A DNA stretch of 64,000 nucleotides from Eukaryota sp. GEM-RC1 (taxonomy: Eukaryota): assembly GCA_040285855.1 (NCBI GenBank), contig JAUFOQ010000001.1, positions 3,596,001-3,660,000 on the forward strand. The letters are read 5' to 3'. Made by a program: the position numbers and the translations under genes. Under the pieces are notes generated by a model. The model ran no database searches. It was not told where the DNA came from and was given only the letters and a program-made list of their open reading frames with translations. Position 1 is the stretch's first letter, and every line of letters begins with the position of its first letter. This document shows, piece after piece, positions 49,301 to 62,419 of this stretch.

Positions 49301-52300
49301 GAAAATTCCATCGAGTATTTTGAACTTTTTCTCTAATTTTGACTCGTATTCTTCATTTTGGAGTAATTCAAAAGAGGAAGAATATTCAAAGTTTTGTGAA
49401 AACTCGCCCTCTCTTTCTGATTATGAACATCACTTTTCAAATTTTGATGAAGTTTTGGATTCAGTATCTAAACTTCCTTCACACTTTGCAGTCGACGGTG
49501 TTTTAAATGTTGATTGTTCAGAATTCCAACAAGCTCTCAGCACAATCATTTCTGATTGGAAGATCTTCTACTCGTCATCACTGATTGCCAAACTCAAAAC
49601 TGAAGTCAAAACCCTTGAAGATCATCTATCTAATTCCCTCTCTAAAATCTCTTTCCAACAGGCTAAGGAAGACTTTGACCTGGAAGATGTACGTGATATC
49701 ATGACTAACTTGTCTGAGCTCAGAGTGATTGAAGCTGATATTGACCTTAAACTGCTACCCATTGCTGATGCCTTTTCTCTTCTTGAAAAGTACCATGTAG
49801 ATGCTGCCAAAGAGGATGTTGATGAATTAGAACATATCAATTCTCTTTGGGAAAAGATCAGACACATCTCTGTGTTGTTGATGTCCAGACTCACCAAACT
49901 TCAACCAAGAATGAAAGCTGAGTTAATCAGATCTGTTAAGGAGTTCATTACTGATGTTAAGGAATTTAAACAGGATTACGACTCCAATGGCCCAATGGTT
50001 AAAGGTATCGAACTAGAAGTGGCTAGTGATCGGCTGAAGAATTTCAAAGCTGCTTATTCTGAACGAGAACGTAAGTGTAAGACTTATACTGTGGGAGAGG
50101 AACTGTTTAACCTTCCTATTACGGAATATCCTGAGCTCAATCAAATCCGTCGAGAAATCAAACTTTTAGACTCTCTTTACAGTCTTCACGCTTCCGTCAT
50201 GAATACAATCAAGGGATATGGTGAAGTTCTATGGTCAGAAAAAGACCTCGATGCCATCTCAGTCCAACTTTCTGATTTCCAACAAAAATGTAGGAGATTA
50301 CCTGCTTCACTTCGTGAATGGGACGCCTACCATCAACTAAAACAAATGATTGACGGTTTCTACGATACTTTACCACTCCTCCAACAGATTGGTAATGATT
50401 TCATGAGACCCAGACATTGGGAAGAGATTCAGCGTATCTGTAGCTGTAAACTTAGATGGGATGCAGAGGATTTCCAAATGAATGAGATTCTTGACGCTCC
50501 CTTGTTAGACCATAAGGATGATGTTGAGGAAATAGCCAATGCTGCGGTTAAGGAACGTGAGATTGAGGTCAGAATAGCTCAAATCGAAAATGATTGGAGA
50601 GATCAGTCCTTTGAGTTCTCAGAGTACAAGTCACGTGGACTTTTACTATTAAAACCCACCGAAACCTCAGAAATTGTTGCTTTATTAGAAGATTCTCAAA
50701 TGGTTCTAGGTGGTTTGATCTCTTCTCGTTACAACGCCCCCTTCAAAACCAAAATCACTGATTGGATTCAGAAACTTTCCACTTGTTCCGAGAGAATTGA
50801 CCTATGGCTACGTGTTCAGTTCCTTTGGGCTTACCTTGAAGCTGTCTTTTCTGGTGGTGATATTGCTAACCAACTTCCCCAGGAGGCTAAGAGATTTACT
50901 AGTATTGACAAGTCTTGGGTTAAGATTATGAATACTGCTGTCAATGAACCTCACTGTATATCACTTTGTTGTACTAATGATACCCTGGAAAACCTACTTC
51001 CTCATTTAATTGAACAGCTTGAGCTTTGTCAGAAGTCGTTGTCACATTATCTTGAGTCAAAAAGATCTCTTTTCCCACGTTTCTACTTTGTTTCTGACTC
51101 CCAACTACTTGAAATCCTTGGTCAAGCCTCGGATCCTAACAACATCCAATCTCATTTGAAGTCGATTTCTGAGAACATTGGTAGAGTTATCTTTGACCAA
51201 AAGAAACCTAATGACATCATCGCCTTAAAGTCTGTAGAAGGTGAAATCGTTCCTCTAGTAAAAAGAGTTACTGCTCAAGGTTCTATTGAAACTTGGTTAA
51301 CCTCCTTAATTGACTCCATGCAACTTACCATTAGATGTATTGGTCGTGCTGCTTCCATGGAGTTGTTACCTCACTCAGAGAAGCTTGGTCTTATCACTGA
51401 TACTCCTGAAGGAGAAGAAGATACTGACGATAATGCTGAGTTGATTGAGTTCATCACGCGATATCCTGCTCAAGTAACGTTACTTGGATTGCAAATGTTG
51501 TGGACAAAGCAAGTTGAAGAAGCTTTGAGAGCCTCCAAAACTGATAAATCAGCTCTTGCTCATTGTAGTAAACTTGTTGCTGGAATTATGTCTCTTTTGG
51601 TCGAATACACCACCAAAGATCTAGGTCCAGATGCTAGAAATAGAACCAAAGTAGAAGCTCTCGTTACCATCCAAGTCCATCAACGTGATATTTTTGACTC
51701 TTTGTACCGTCAACGTATCAGAAATGCCTATGACTTTGAGTGGTTGAAACAGACCAGATTCTACTGGCGTGAAGAACAAGATCACGCGGTGGTCTCTATT
51801 ACCGACATTGATTTCGAATACTCCTACGAGTACCTTGGTTGTACTGACCGTCTTGTTATCACCCCTCTAACTGATCGTTGTTATATCACCTTGGCTCAAG
51901 CCCTGGGTATGTTCTTGGGAGGAGCCCCTGCTGGCCCAGCTGGTACTGGTAAGACAGAGACTGTAAAGGATATGGGTAAAGCTCTTGGAAAATACGTTGT
52001 TGTTTTTAATTGCTCTGATCAAATGGATGTCAAATCCCTGGGTAAAATCTTTAAGGGTCTAGCTGAGTCTGGAGCTTGGGGATGTTTTGATGAGTTTAAT
52101 CGTATTCTTTTACCAGTTCTGTCAGTCGTAGCTCAACAAGTTCAATGTGTGCTGTCAGCCATGAGAGAACAGAAAACCGAGTTTATATTTAGTGATGGAG
52201 AATTGACAAAGTTAAATGCTAAGTGTGGAATGTTTATTACTATGAACCCGGGGTATGCTGGACGTCAGGAGCTGCCTGAAAATTTAAAAGTTTTGTTTAG

Positions 52301-55300
52301 ATCTGTTGCTATGATGGTTCCTGATTTCAGACTCATCATGAGAGTCAAACTTGCCTCCGCTGGATTCCAACAGAACCAAATGCTCTCCAAGAAGTTCGAC
52401 ATCCTCTACAAACTCTGTAAAGAACAACTCTCTCAACAAGTTCATTATGATTTTGGTCTCCGGTCGATCCTCTCAGTACTTAGAACCTGTGGTGCTTGGC
52501 GTAGAACTGACCAGAATGCCGAGGAAGTAGATATCTTCCTTAGAGTTGTTCGTGATATGAATGTTTCAAAGTTAGTTGATGAAGACGAGCCGTTGTTCTT
52601 GTCTCTTACTAATGATTTATTCCCTGGAGTGGAAGTTGAAAATTCATCTTATTCAGAATTAGAATCTGCAATTCAAGCAAATATTAAAAAGGCTGGCCTA
52701 GTCAATCATTCGTCTTGGGTACTTAAACTCATTCAGTTATACGAAACTTCTCTTGTAAGACATGGAATCATGGTTTTAGGACCAGCTGGATCTGGAAAAT
52801 CAAAATGTATTGATCTGTTAATGAAATCTCTCACTGATTGTGGTAACGTTCACAAAGGAATCAAGCTCAATCCTAAAGCAATCACTGATCAGCAAATGTT
52901 TGGTAAATTAGACAGGAAAACTGGTGATTGGACTGATGGTATCTTCTCCTCTCTTTGGAGAAGAATCTGTAGAAAACAAAACGATGAAAAGACGTGGATG
53001 TTGTTGGATGGCCCTGTTGATACCATTTGGATTGAGTCTCTTAACACTGTACTTGATGATAACAAGACTCTTACCTTGGCTAACTCTGATAGAATCCCAA
53101 TGTCCCCTAACATGAAGCTTATCTTTGAAGTACATTCCCTTGCCAATGCTTCTCCAGCTACTGTCTCAAGAGCTGGTATGATTTACATCTCCCAGGTGTC
53201 ACTTGGATGGAAACCTGTGTTTGAGGCCTGGTTAAAGGCAAAAGAAGCCGATGATTATGCACCAGATCTTCTATCACAAATTTCAAATATGTTTGATTCT
53301 CATATCGACAAGTGCTTTACCTTCCTCCGAGTCAATTGCCTTCCCGTAATGAAACTCTTTGAACAGCACCAAGTAACTCAATGTTTTACTCTTTTAACTG
53401 CACTAATTCCTGCTCCTGAGTCAACCTTTGAACTAAAGTCTAACCTTCATTTAGAACGAGTCTTTGTATTTGCTTTGATCTGGTCCCTTGGAGCAGCTTT
53501 AGAAGCAGAAGATCGACAAAAGTTCGATGAATTCCTTCGCTCTGACCTTGGTCTTCCTCTTCCCGTCTGCTCTTCTCCCAACTCTGTCTATGACTTCTGG
53601 ATTAACGAAGAGACTGGTGAGTGGCAAAGGTGGAAGGACCGAGTACCCGACTACAACTACCCAATCGACCACACCCCTACCTTCTCCTCAGTACTTGTTC
53701 CCACCATTGACTCCACTAGGTGTACAACTCTAATCTCCCTTGTTGCAAACCAAGGGCTTCCTGTAATGTTGTTAGGTGAAGCAGGTACTGCTAAAACAGT
53801 CACTATTCAATCCTTTATTAGTAGTAAAACTGAGTCTGAAGAGTGGATGTCCAAGACAGTTTCCTTCTCTTTCTTTACTTCCCCTTACATCTTCCAAAGA
53901 ACTACCGAGGCTTGTGTAGAGAAACGTTTAGGTACCACTTTTGGACCCAAAGCTGGAAGGAAAATGATTTATTTCCTTGATGACGTCAACATGCCTGAAG
54001 TTAATAAGTGGGGTGATCAGGAAACTTCTGAAATCATTCGACAATTGATTGAAGATCGTGGTTTCTATAACCTTGATCGTCCTGGAGAATGGATCAATAT
54101 CACTGATCTCTTCTTTATGAGTGCGATGAGACATCCAGGTGGAGGTAGAAATGACGTTCCTGATCGATTAAAACGACATTTCTCCGTCTTCAATTGTACC
54201 CTACCTTCAAAAGAGGCAGTTGAACACGTTTACTCTAAAATCATTCGTGGATACTTTACAACTGAAGCTCCCCGTTCTTTCGCTTCTTCCCTATCAAGTG
54301 TTCTATCTAACATTGTTCCAATGATGTTTACTCTGTGGGATAAGGTTAAACAGAAAATGCTTCCCACTCCTGCTAAATTCCATTACACCTTCAATCTACG
54401 TGACTTGTCTAGAATCACTCAGGGTCTTTTGTCTGTCGACTCTGATACCATCTCTACCCCTACTAAGTTGTTATCTCTTTGGAAGCACGAGTGTGCAAGA
54501 GTCTTGGCTGATAGATTTGTAGACCTTCCCGATTTAGCTTGGTTTGATGAGCAAATCCAATCAGTTATTGATTCTGAACTTCCTGACCTTGCTAATGCTT
54601 GTAACGATACCACCTTCTTTGTTGATTTCATGCGAGATCCTCCAGAAGTAGATCCTGACGCTGAAGAGCAGTCTGAAGAGGCAGTGGAAGCTCCTAAAAT
54701 CTACGAACCTGTCACTGACATCACTTTCCTTAAGGAACGTCTCTTTAGATTCAGTGAACTCTTTAACGAATCATCAAGGTCAGAAAAGCTTGATTTGGTC
54801 TTCTTCCATGACGCTATTTCTCACTTATCACGTATCTCTAGAATCATTAGAGCTGAAGGTGGCCACGCACTACTCGTTGGTGTCGGTGGTAGTGGTAAAC
54901 AATCACTGACTAAACTAGCTAGTTTCATTGCTGGCTTTAAGACTGTATCTATTACTCTAACTAAGAATTACTCCTCAAAAGATCTTCTTGAGGATATCCA
55001 ACGATTCTTCTTAATGGCTGGTCTTGAAGGCAAAGGTGTTACGTTCCTGTTTACTGACAAGGATATTAAACAAGAGTCTTTCCTAGAGTATATCAACAAC
55101 ATTTGTACTTCTGGAGATATTCCTGGACTCTTTGCCAAGGACGAAGTTGACTCAATCATTTCTGATTTGACTCCCATATTCAAACGTGAAAGACCTAGAT
55201 CTCCAGTTTCTCAAGACGACGTTTGGAACTTCTTCTTAGAACGAGTTAGAAAGAACCTCCACGTTGTCCTATGCTTCTCCCCTGTAGGTGAAAAGTTTAG

Positions 55301-58300
55301 AAATAGAGCTAGGAAGTTCCCTGGTCTAATTTCTGGTTGTACCATTGACTACTTCCAACCTTGGCCCAAGGAAGCACTTCAAGAAGTTGCAGATAAGTAC
55401 GTATCTTCCTTTGAAATTGAAGCGACTACGGAAGTTAAACAATCTCTTGTTGAATTCATGGCTGCACTTCATGTCAAGGTTGGTGATGTTTGTGAGGATT
55501 ACTTTACCAAGTTCCGGCGCAGAGTCTATATCACTCCCAAGTCTTATCTTTCTTTTATGGATTCTTATAAGGAAGTTTATCTACGAAAGAAGTCAGAGAT
55601 TGGTATTCTTGCTGACCGGTTAAACAGTGGATTATCTAAGTTAAACCAGGCTTCTGAGGATGTTGCTAAAATGAAGATTGAGTTAGTTGAAAAGAAGGCC
55701 AAGCTGGCTGTAGCTGTGGATAAAGCTAAGGAAATTCTAACTGAAATTACCGCTCAAACTACCGCCGCTCAAAAGATTACTGCTGAAGTTAAGGCTGTTA
55801 AGGACGATTTAGCTACTAAAGCTGCTGGTATTGACGCTGAAAAACAAGCGGCAGAAAAAGATTTGGCGGCAGCTAAACCTGCTTTAGAAGATGCCCAAAG
55901 CGCTCTAGATCAAATCAACTCTAGTGATATTGCCACTCTCCGAAAGCTTTTAAAACCTCCTAATTTAATTTGTAGAATTATGGACGGTGTTCTTATTCTA
56001 CGTCAATTACCAGTAGATGAATGGAAAATGGATAATGAAATGTTTACTGAAAAGGAAAAACACTACCACAACCTTCTTGGTCTTCATCTCTTAGTATGAT
56101 GGCCAACACTTCGTTCCTTAGTTCTCTTAAGAATTTCCACAAGGAAAGTATCAATGATGAGATTTGTGAGCTATTAGAACCTTACATGGACATGGAAGAC
56201 TTTACTAAAGAAGCGGCAACCTCAGTCTCTGGTAACATTGCTGGTCTTTGCTCTTGGATCAGAGCTATGACTGTCTACCACTCAGTAGCTAAGTACGTAG
56301 CTCCTAAGATTGAAGCTGTTCAAAGAGCGGAGAAGGAATTAGAGTCAGCTAATAGAGAGTTGCAAGTAGCTGAAGATGAATTGTCTCAAAAACAGAAAGT
56401 TTTGGATGAAATGCAAGCAAAGTATGATGAGGCAGTTTCTCAGAAGAAAGCTGTACAAGAAGATGCAGAACTGACCGAAAGACGAATGGATTCCGCCAAC
56501 AAACTAATCAATGGACTGTCAGGGGAACGTGAACGATGGACAATCCAATCAGCGGAGTTCAAAAAGACCATCTCCCAATTAGTTGGTGACGTTGCAGTTT
56601 CCACTGCTTTCCTCTCCTACGCAGGTCCTTTCAATTCTGAATTCCGATCACTTTTGATTGAAGAATACTGGTGTAAAGGACTCCTCAAACTAAGTATACC
56701 CTTCTCTGATACTCTTTCAGTGGTTAAAATGCTTACTGATGACGCGACCATTGGTGAATGGAACCTCCAATCCTTGCCTACTGATGATTTGTCTACTCAG
56801 AACGGTATCATTGTAACTCAGGCACTGAGGTATCCTTTGCTTATTGATCCTCAAGGTCAGGCAAAAGCTTGGCTCAAAAATAAGGAAACTCCAAATAATT
56901 TAAAAATGTGTCGACTCTCGGACAAATACTTCCGTCAAACTCTAGAAGATTCCCTTCAGTTTGGTTATCCTTTAATCATTGAAGACGTTGACGAGGATCT
57001 CGACCCTGCTCTAGACCCAATTCTAGACAAACAATGGATTAAGATTGGTTCTAGGTATAAGGTTAAACTAGGTGACAAGGAAGTTGACCTTTCTGATGGC
57101 TTTAGGCTTTATATTACTACTAAGATTCCCAACCCTCACTTCTCTCCTGAAACTTCTGCCAAGACTTCAGTAGTTGACTTTACAGTCACTCTCAGAGGTC
57201 TTGAATCTCAACTTTTGGGTAGAGTTATTGAGTCTGAAAAGAGTGACTTGGAAAGAAGCAGACAACGTCTGTTAGAAGAAGTCAATGCTAACAAGAAGCT
57301 CATGCAGCAATTGGAAAAGAATTTAATTGAGAAGTTGGCCTCTGCTGGAGGTAATCTTTTGGATGATATCTCTCTAATTGACATGCTTAACAAGACCAAA
57401 AACACCGCTGAAGAAGTGTCAGAAGCTCTAAGAAACGCCGTCATCACTGAACAACGAATCAATGAAGCACGAGAAGAATATCGACCAGTTGCTACTAGAG
57501 GTTCTGTACTATACTTTTTAATTTCTGAAATGAGTTTGGTCTCTAACATGTACCAGTGTTCTCTAGCTCAGTTTTTACAACAGTTTGACATTGGTATCAA
57601 AAGATCCCCACCATCTCAAGTAACTAGTAAAAGAGTTGTTAACATTGTGGACACCCTATCTGAAGTTGTTTATATCTACGTCTCAAGGTATCTCTTTGGT
57701 GATCACAAACTCTTGTTTGTCCTTCTACTTTCTCTCAAGGTCGACCTTGAGTCCAGGTCAATCACGCCGTCTGAGTTTGGTGCTTTCATTAAAGGAGGTT
57801 CAGCTCTAGATATTAAACAAGTGAGAGTTAAAGAGCAACAATGGATTACTGACAGCGCTTGGTTAAACGTCATTGCGATCTCCCTCGCTTGCCCTAGTCT
57901 TTCCTCTCTTCCAGACTTGATCAACTCTTCAGCTGAAGCTTGGCAAACTTGGATGGCCCTCGAGGCTCCTGAAGTTGAGCCCTTCCCTGAACCTCTTCAA
58001 TCAAATATTTCAAATGTTTTCCATCGACTTATGATTGTACGAGCTCTACGTGAAGATAGAGCTATGCTCTTAGCTCAATCGTACATTTCCAATGTTCTTG
58101 GCTCTAAGTTTGTTGAATCTGTTAACACTACAATGGAACAAACCTGGGCTGAGTCTCTTCCGAGTACTCCCCTGGTATTCCTTCTTTCTCTTGGAGCTGA
58201 TCCTTCAGCTGACATTGAAGGTCTTGCAAAGAAACAAAAGACCACCATTCACCAGGTTTCAATGGGCCAAGGTCAGGATGAACCAGCTCGAAAGTACATT

Positions 58301-59928
58301 GAACAAGCAAAGAATCAAGGAGAGTGGGTGTTGTTACAGAATTGCCATTTGTCCTTAGACTTTATGCAAGAAATTGAAGTAGAATTCCTTACTGTAGAAG
58401 CAGATGTTCACTCTAACTTTAGGTTGTTCATCACTACTGAACCTCACCCTAAGTTTCCAATTGGTCTACTCCAATCAAGTATCAAGGTGGCTTCTGAAGC
58501 CCCTCAAGGAATGAAAGCAGGTCTTAAAAGGACTTACAATTGGGTAAACCAAGATTTACTAGACCAAGTGGATAAACCAGAGTGGAAACCTTTGTTCTTC
58601 ACTCTAACCTTCCTCCACTCAATTGAACAAGAAAGAAGACGATTTGGAACCCTTGGATGGATTGTCCCTTATGAGTTCAATACTTCTGATTTGACTGCTT
58701 CAATCACCTTCCTTCAGAACTTGTTGTATCAAACCGATTCTGATAAGGGAATTTCCTGGTCAACTATGAGGTATATGATCTGTGAGGTCCATTATGGAGG
58801 TCGAATCACGTCTGATTATGATCGTGTACTTCAAAATGCATTAGGAAATGTTTATCTATCCGACAAAATTTTAAAACCTGGATTTAAATTCTTCGACAAA
58901 TATCCCTTACCTTTCGATTCTCTTTCTAGTATTACCGCTGTCAGAGAATTCATTGACGCATTACCAGTGAATGATCCACCTGGTGTTCTTGGTCTCCATG
59001 CCAATGCTGATATTACCTTCAGATCTTCCCAATGTGTGACTATTCTGTCTACAATTCTCTCTGTTCAACCTAAAGACTCTGCTACTGGAGGGTCAGAAAC
59101 TCGTGAGGAAGTTGCCGAGAGAATGGCTCATGATATTTTAAGAAACCTTCCTGCTGATTTTGACCCGATTGAAGTCGAAGGTCAACTTCAACGATTAGGT
59201 CGAATGAAACCTTTAACGATCTTTTTACGTCAAGAAGTTGAAAGACTTCAACGTGTCATTGCTAAAGTACGTAAAGAGCTGTCTGAACTTATTCTTGCTA
59301 TCAGTGGTACTATCGTAATGTCTCAAGAACTCCAAGACATTCTTACCTCAGTTACTGACGGTAGAGTTCCTGAAGATTGGACAAAAGTCTCTTGGAAATC
59401 TCCTACTCTAGGATTTTGGTTAACAGACGTTGACTCTAGACAACTCCAACTTTCAAGCTGGTTAAGGGAAGGACGTCCCTTGTCCTTCTGGTTAGGTGGA
59501 TTCTTCAATCCTCAAGGTTTCCTTACGTCAGTTAAACAGGAGATATCACGTGCGCATGCTGGATGGGCTCTTGATACTTTGAATATCCAAACAGTAGTTA
59601 AAAACATGAGCTTAGCTGATCTTAAACCTGAGCACAAGTTGCAGCCAGGTGAAGGTGTTTATATTCACGGTCTCACAATGGAAGGTGCTCGGTATGATGC
59701 AGTGAGTGGCAAGCTTGCTGAACAAAAGCCTAAAGAATTGATTTCGCATTTACCATTGTTGTTTGTTACTGCTACTGACTCCCCTCAATCATCTGGGCCG
59801 ACATATACCTGCCCTGTTTTCTTTCAAAAGATCGTCAAAATTATGTTTTTGATGTTGATCTTCCAACAAGTCAAAGTTCTAATCACTGGACAATCAGAGG
59901 TGTTGCTCTTTTAGCTACAAGTACATAG
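46396..59928 (+). CDS. DNAH5: Axonemal outer-arm dynein heavy chain, gamma type (DNAH5/8-like); three single-base deletions
   Basis: DHC_N1 (GPLAELEHWKQRMAKFN); P-loops GPAGTGKTETVKDMG, GPAGSGKS, GEAGTAKT, GVGGSGKQS; MNPGYAGRQELPENLK; corrected end HWTIRGVALLATST* (TAG 59926-59928). Confidence 0.93.
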
Positions 59929-60002
59929 TTGTAACAATTATCAAGAAATTGTATTTTATTTGACACGAAGTTTATTTAAATAAATTTTTTATTATATTAC
60001 CA

Positions 60003-60585
60003 GTTTTGAATCATCTTTCAGTAAATGAATTTACTGATCAAAAACGAGGGGATCTACATACTCCGTGGCTTAAATCGAGTCAAGCATTAATGGATTTTAC
60101 TACAGTAGATGTATGTAACAAATCTTGTGTTAGTAGGATATTAGATTCTTCATTTAATCCATTAACAGCAGCTGAAAAGCTCAAACACACCAAGTATGAC
60201 TCTCAAGTAGAAGAATTAAATAGAAACTCATATTCCAAATTTGTGTTTCAACCTTTTGCTGTTTCTCTTTTTGGATCTATTAGTCCTGCTGGTGATCAAT
60301 TTTTCAAGGATTTCGAAGAATTGTGTAAAGAAAAGAAGCGTAAGTTTAGAATGGCTGAATGGAAAAACCGTATAGTGTTTTCCATATATCGGAATATGCC
60401 TTTCTATTTCTCTAGATTAATTGAGAAATTGTACAAGTTTGGTGTGAAGGTTCATGTAGATAAACGTAATCTTTTACCGGGTGGTGATGAAGTCGTTTGG
60501 ATTTAATCTTAGTATTATTTGTTTGTTTTTACAATTTCATAGTTTGTAGAAAGGTTACCTTATTGGGTGCCGAATAAACATCTCT
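60003..60585 (+). mobile_element. 5'-truncated RLE retrotransposon (subfamily C)
   Basis: KRGDL, MDFTT, KHTKY, FQPFAVSLFG, WKNRIVFSIY; 3' UTR ending gaataaa. Confidence 0.82.
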
Positions 60586-60634
60586 ATATATATATTGAGA
60601 CTTTTTTTAATAAGCAAGTTTATAAATGTAATGA

Positions 60635-60793
60635 AACAATAAAACTAAAATTTAATATCTATAAAAAAGCACCCGTCCCTGTCAAATCTTACAATAGCAA
60701 TAGCTTTGTCCTCATAAAAAGAACTCACAGCTAGTAAAGCTTTGGAGATGATTAGGTAATTGTTTAAAACCAGTAAAAACGATACGATTCAAA
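60635..60793 (-). mobile_element. RLE retrotransposon extreme 3' fragment (subfamily F)
   Basis: LNRIVFTGFKQLP/IISKALLAVSSFYEDK...IKF*; nucleotide match to 41985-42133. Confidence 0.7.
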
Positions 60794-60892
60794 TACACTA
60801 CAAATCACTACAAAAGCTTTTCGTTCGTTTATAACTCATTTTTCAATATTCTCAGCATATTAAAACCACAATATTTATACGAATACTAACAA

Positions 60893-62419
60893 TCAATCAA
60901 CGATTTCAATGACGTGAGAAGAGTGACTAATAAAGAAAAAAGGATAATAAACATCGTCCACGTCATCAAAGTTCGTGCTCACGTTAATATATCCAGAATT
61001 GATTTCCTTGATTGAGAAAGTATTATTCCTCATGTCAGCAGTTAATTCTAGTACATCACCAGTTTTCCACTCAGAAAATGATCCTGAGAGGTTTCCACTG
61101 GTGTGGTAGTAGATAAACTTTGAATTAGTCATTCGAGCTGGATAAGATGAAGAATTAAAGTTCTTAAGTGGAACAATTCCAATACCTACACTAAAACTAA
61201 TACCACTATTCTGATACCTAACTTTCCACTTATAAACACATCCTTTCACCAAGGGTTTATCACCTAGAATTGAACGTTGACCAATACTTCCACTGAAGGA
61301 AATCCTCTTGCCAGAGTTCGATATAACAATATCAGAATGTTTATGCTGATGAGAAAAAGACATTGGAGTGGAAGAGTTTCTTAGCACCTCATTATATTTC
61401 TCTAATTGATTAATCTTGTTCAAGAGAGCTTCATTATTTAATAGAAGAGAATCAAACTTTTGTTGAATTTCGACGTTAACTTTTTGAATTTCATCATTAA
61501 CTTTTTGAATTTTTTGATTTTCCAACAAAAGAGAATCAAATTTCTGTTGAATTTCAGCATTAACTTTTTGAATTTTTTGATTTTCCAACAAAAGAGAATC
61601 AAATTTCTGTTGAATTTCAGCATTAACTTTTTGAAAATGTTCTTTTTCACTAACAAGTTTTTCAAAAACTGAATTCGAAGACGTTCTTGATGAAATTTCA
61701 TCAAAACTTCCTTACAATTTTCAAATATTTCAAGAGGTTCAAGTAACAACTCATTCCAATCGTTCCATTCAAACAGATCAATTTTGATAGAGTTCAAAAC
61801 ACCTTCTAATTCTGAACAATCAAAAGAATCTTCTTCTATTGACTTCACTAGACTTCTGACAAACCAGCAAAGACTTTCCTTAGATCCACAAAACTCGTTC
61901 TCGTTAATAGAAACAAGAAAAGAAGTGGAAAGACAAAGATGAGAAAATGAAGAGACTTTCTGAATGAAAGGACCTGCAAACAAAAGTGCACGAAGATCAT
62001 CCTCTTTGTTGGCTTTTGAGATGAAGGTAGACAAGTATTGGGAGTCTACGAGGGAAGAGTTGAGTGATGACGTGATTTGAAAAGATAGGGCGTCACATTT
62101 GGAAGTAGTGAGAGAGATAGAAGAGATCGTATGCATTGTCTTTGGTGATCTCCGCATCTTGACCATAGAGAGAGCGGAAGAACGTGGTGAGGGAAGAGGG
62201 GGAAACAGGGAGATTGGAAAGATCTAAAGGGTTCTCGTGTTTGTCACTGAAGTCTAAGTGCCAGAGATCGTGAAAGAACTTGCAGTTGAGAGCAAGAACG
62301 TTGCGGTTTACATGGAGAAGTTCATCGTTAAATAGAATCTGTTGATCAGCAAGATCCTCGTTGAAGAGAAGATCTGAAAGTACTTTGGTTGGGGAGAATC
62401 CAAAAGCGGTTGAAGTCAT
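60893..62419 (-). CDS. BTB - coiled coil - SPRY/B30.2 protein, copy 3 (indels)
   Basis: Near-identical framework to copies 1 and 2. Confidence 0.8.

Noticed and set aside
46511..59508. Numerous short alternative-frame and antisense ORFs within dynein
   Set aside because: Shadow ORFs of a long coding sequence
46396..59928. Programmed ribosomal frameshifting or RNA editing in dynein, Aquarius and others
   Set aside because: Breaks are mostly single-base losses in homopolymers (ctttt ~48815, gaaaagg ~56050, ctttc ~59822). The three BTB-SPRY paralogs differ in which run is short (T6/A4, T5/A4, T5/A5), which is the pattern of long-read errors. Short-read polishing would settle it.
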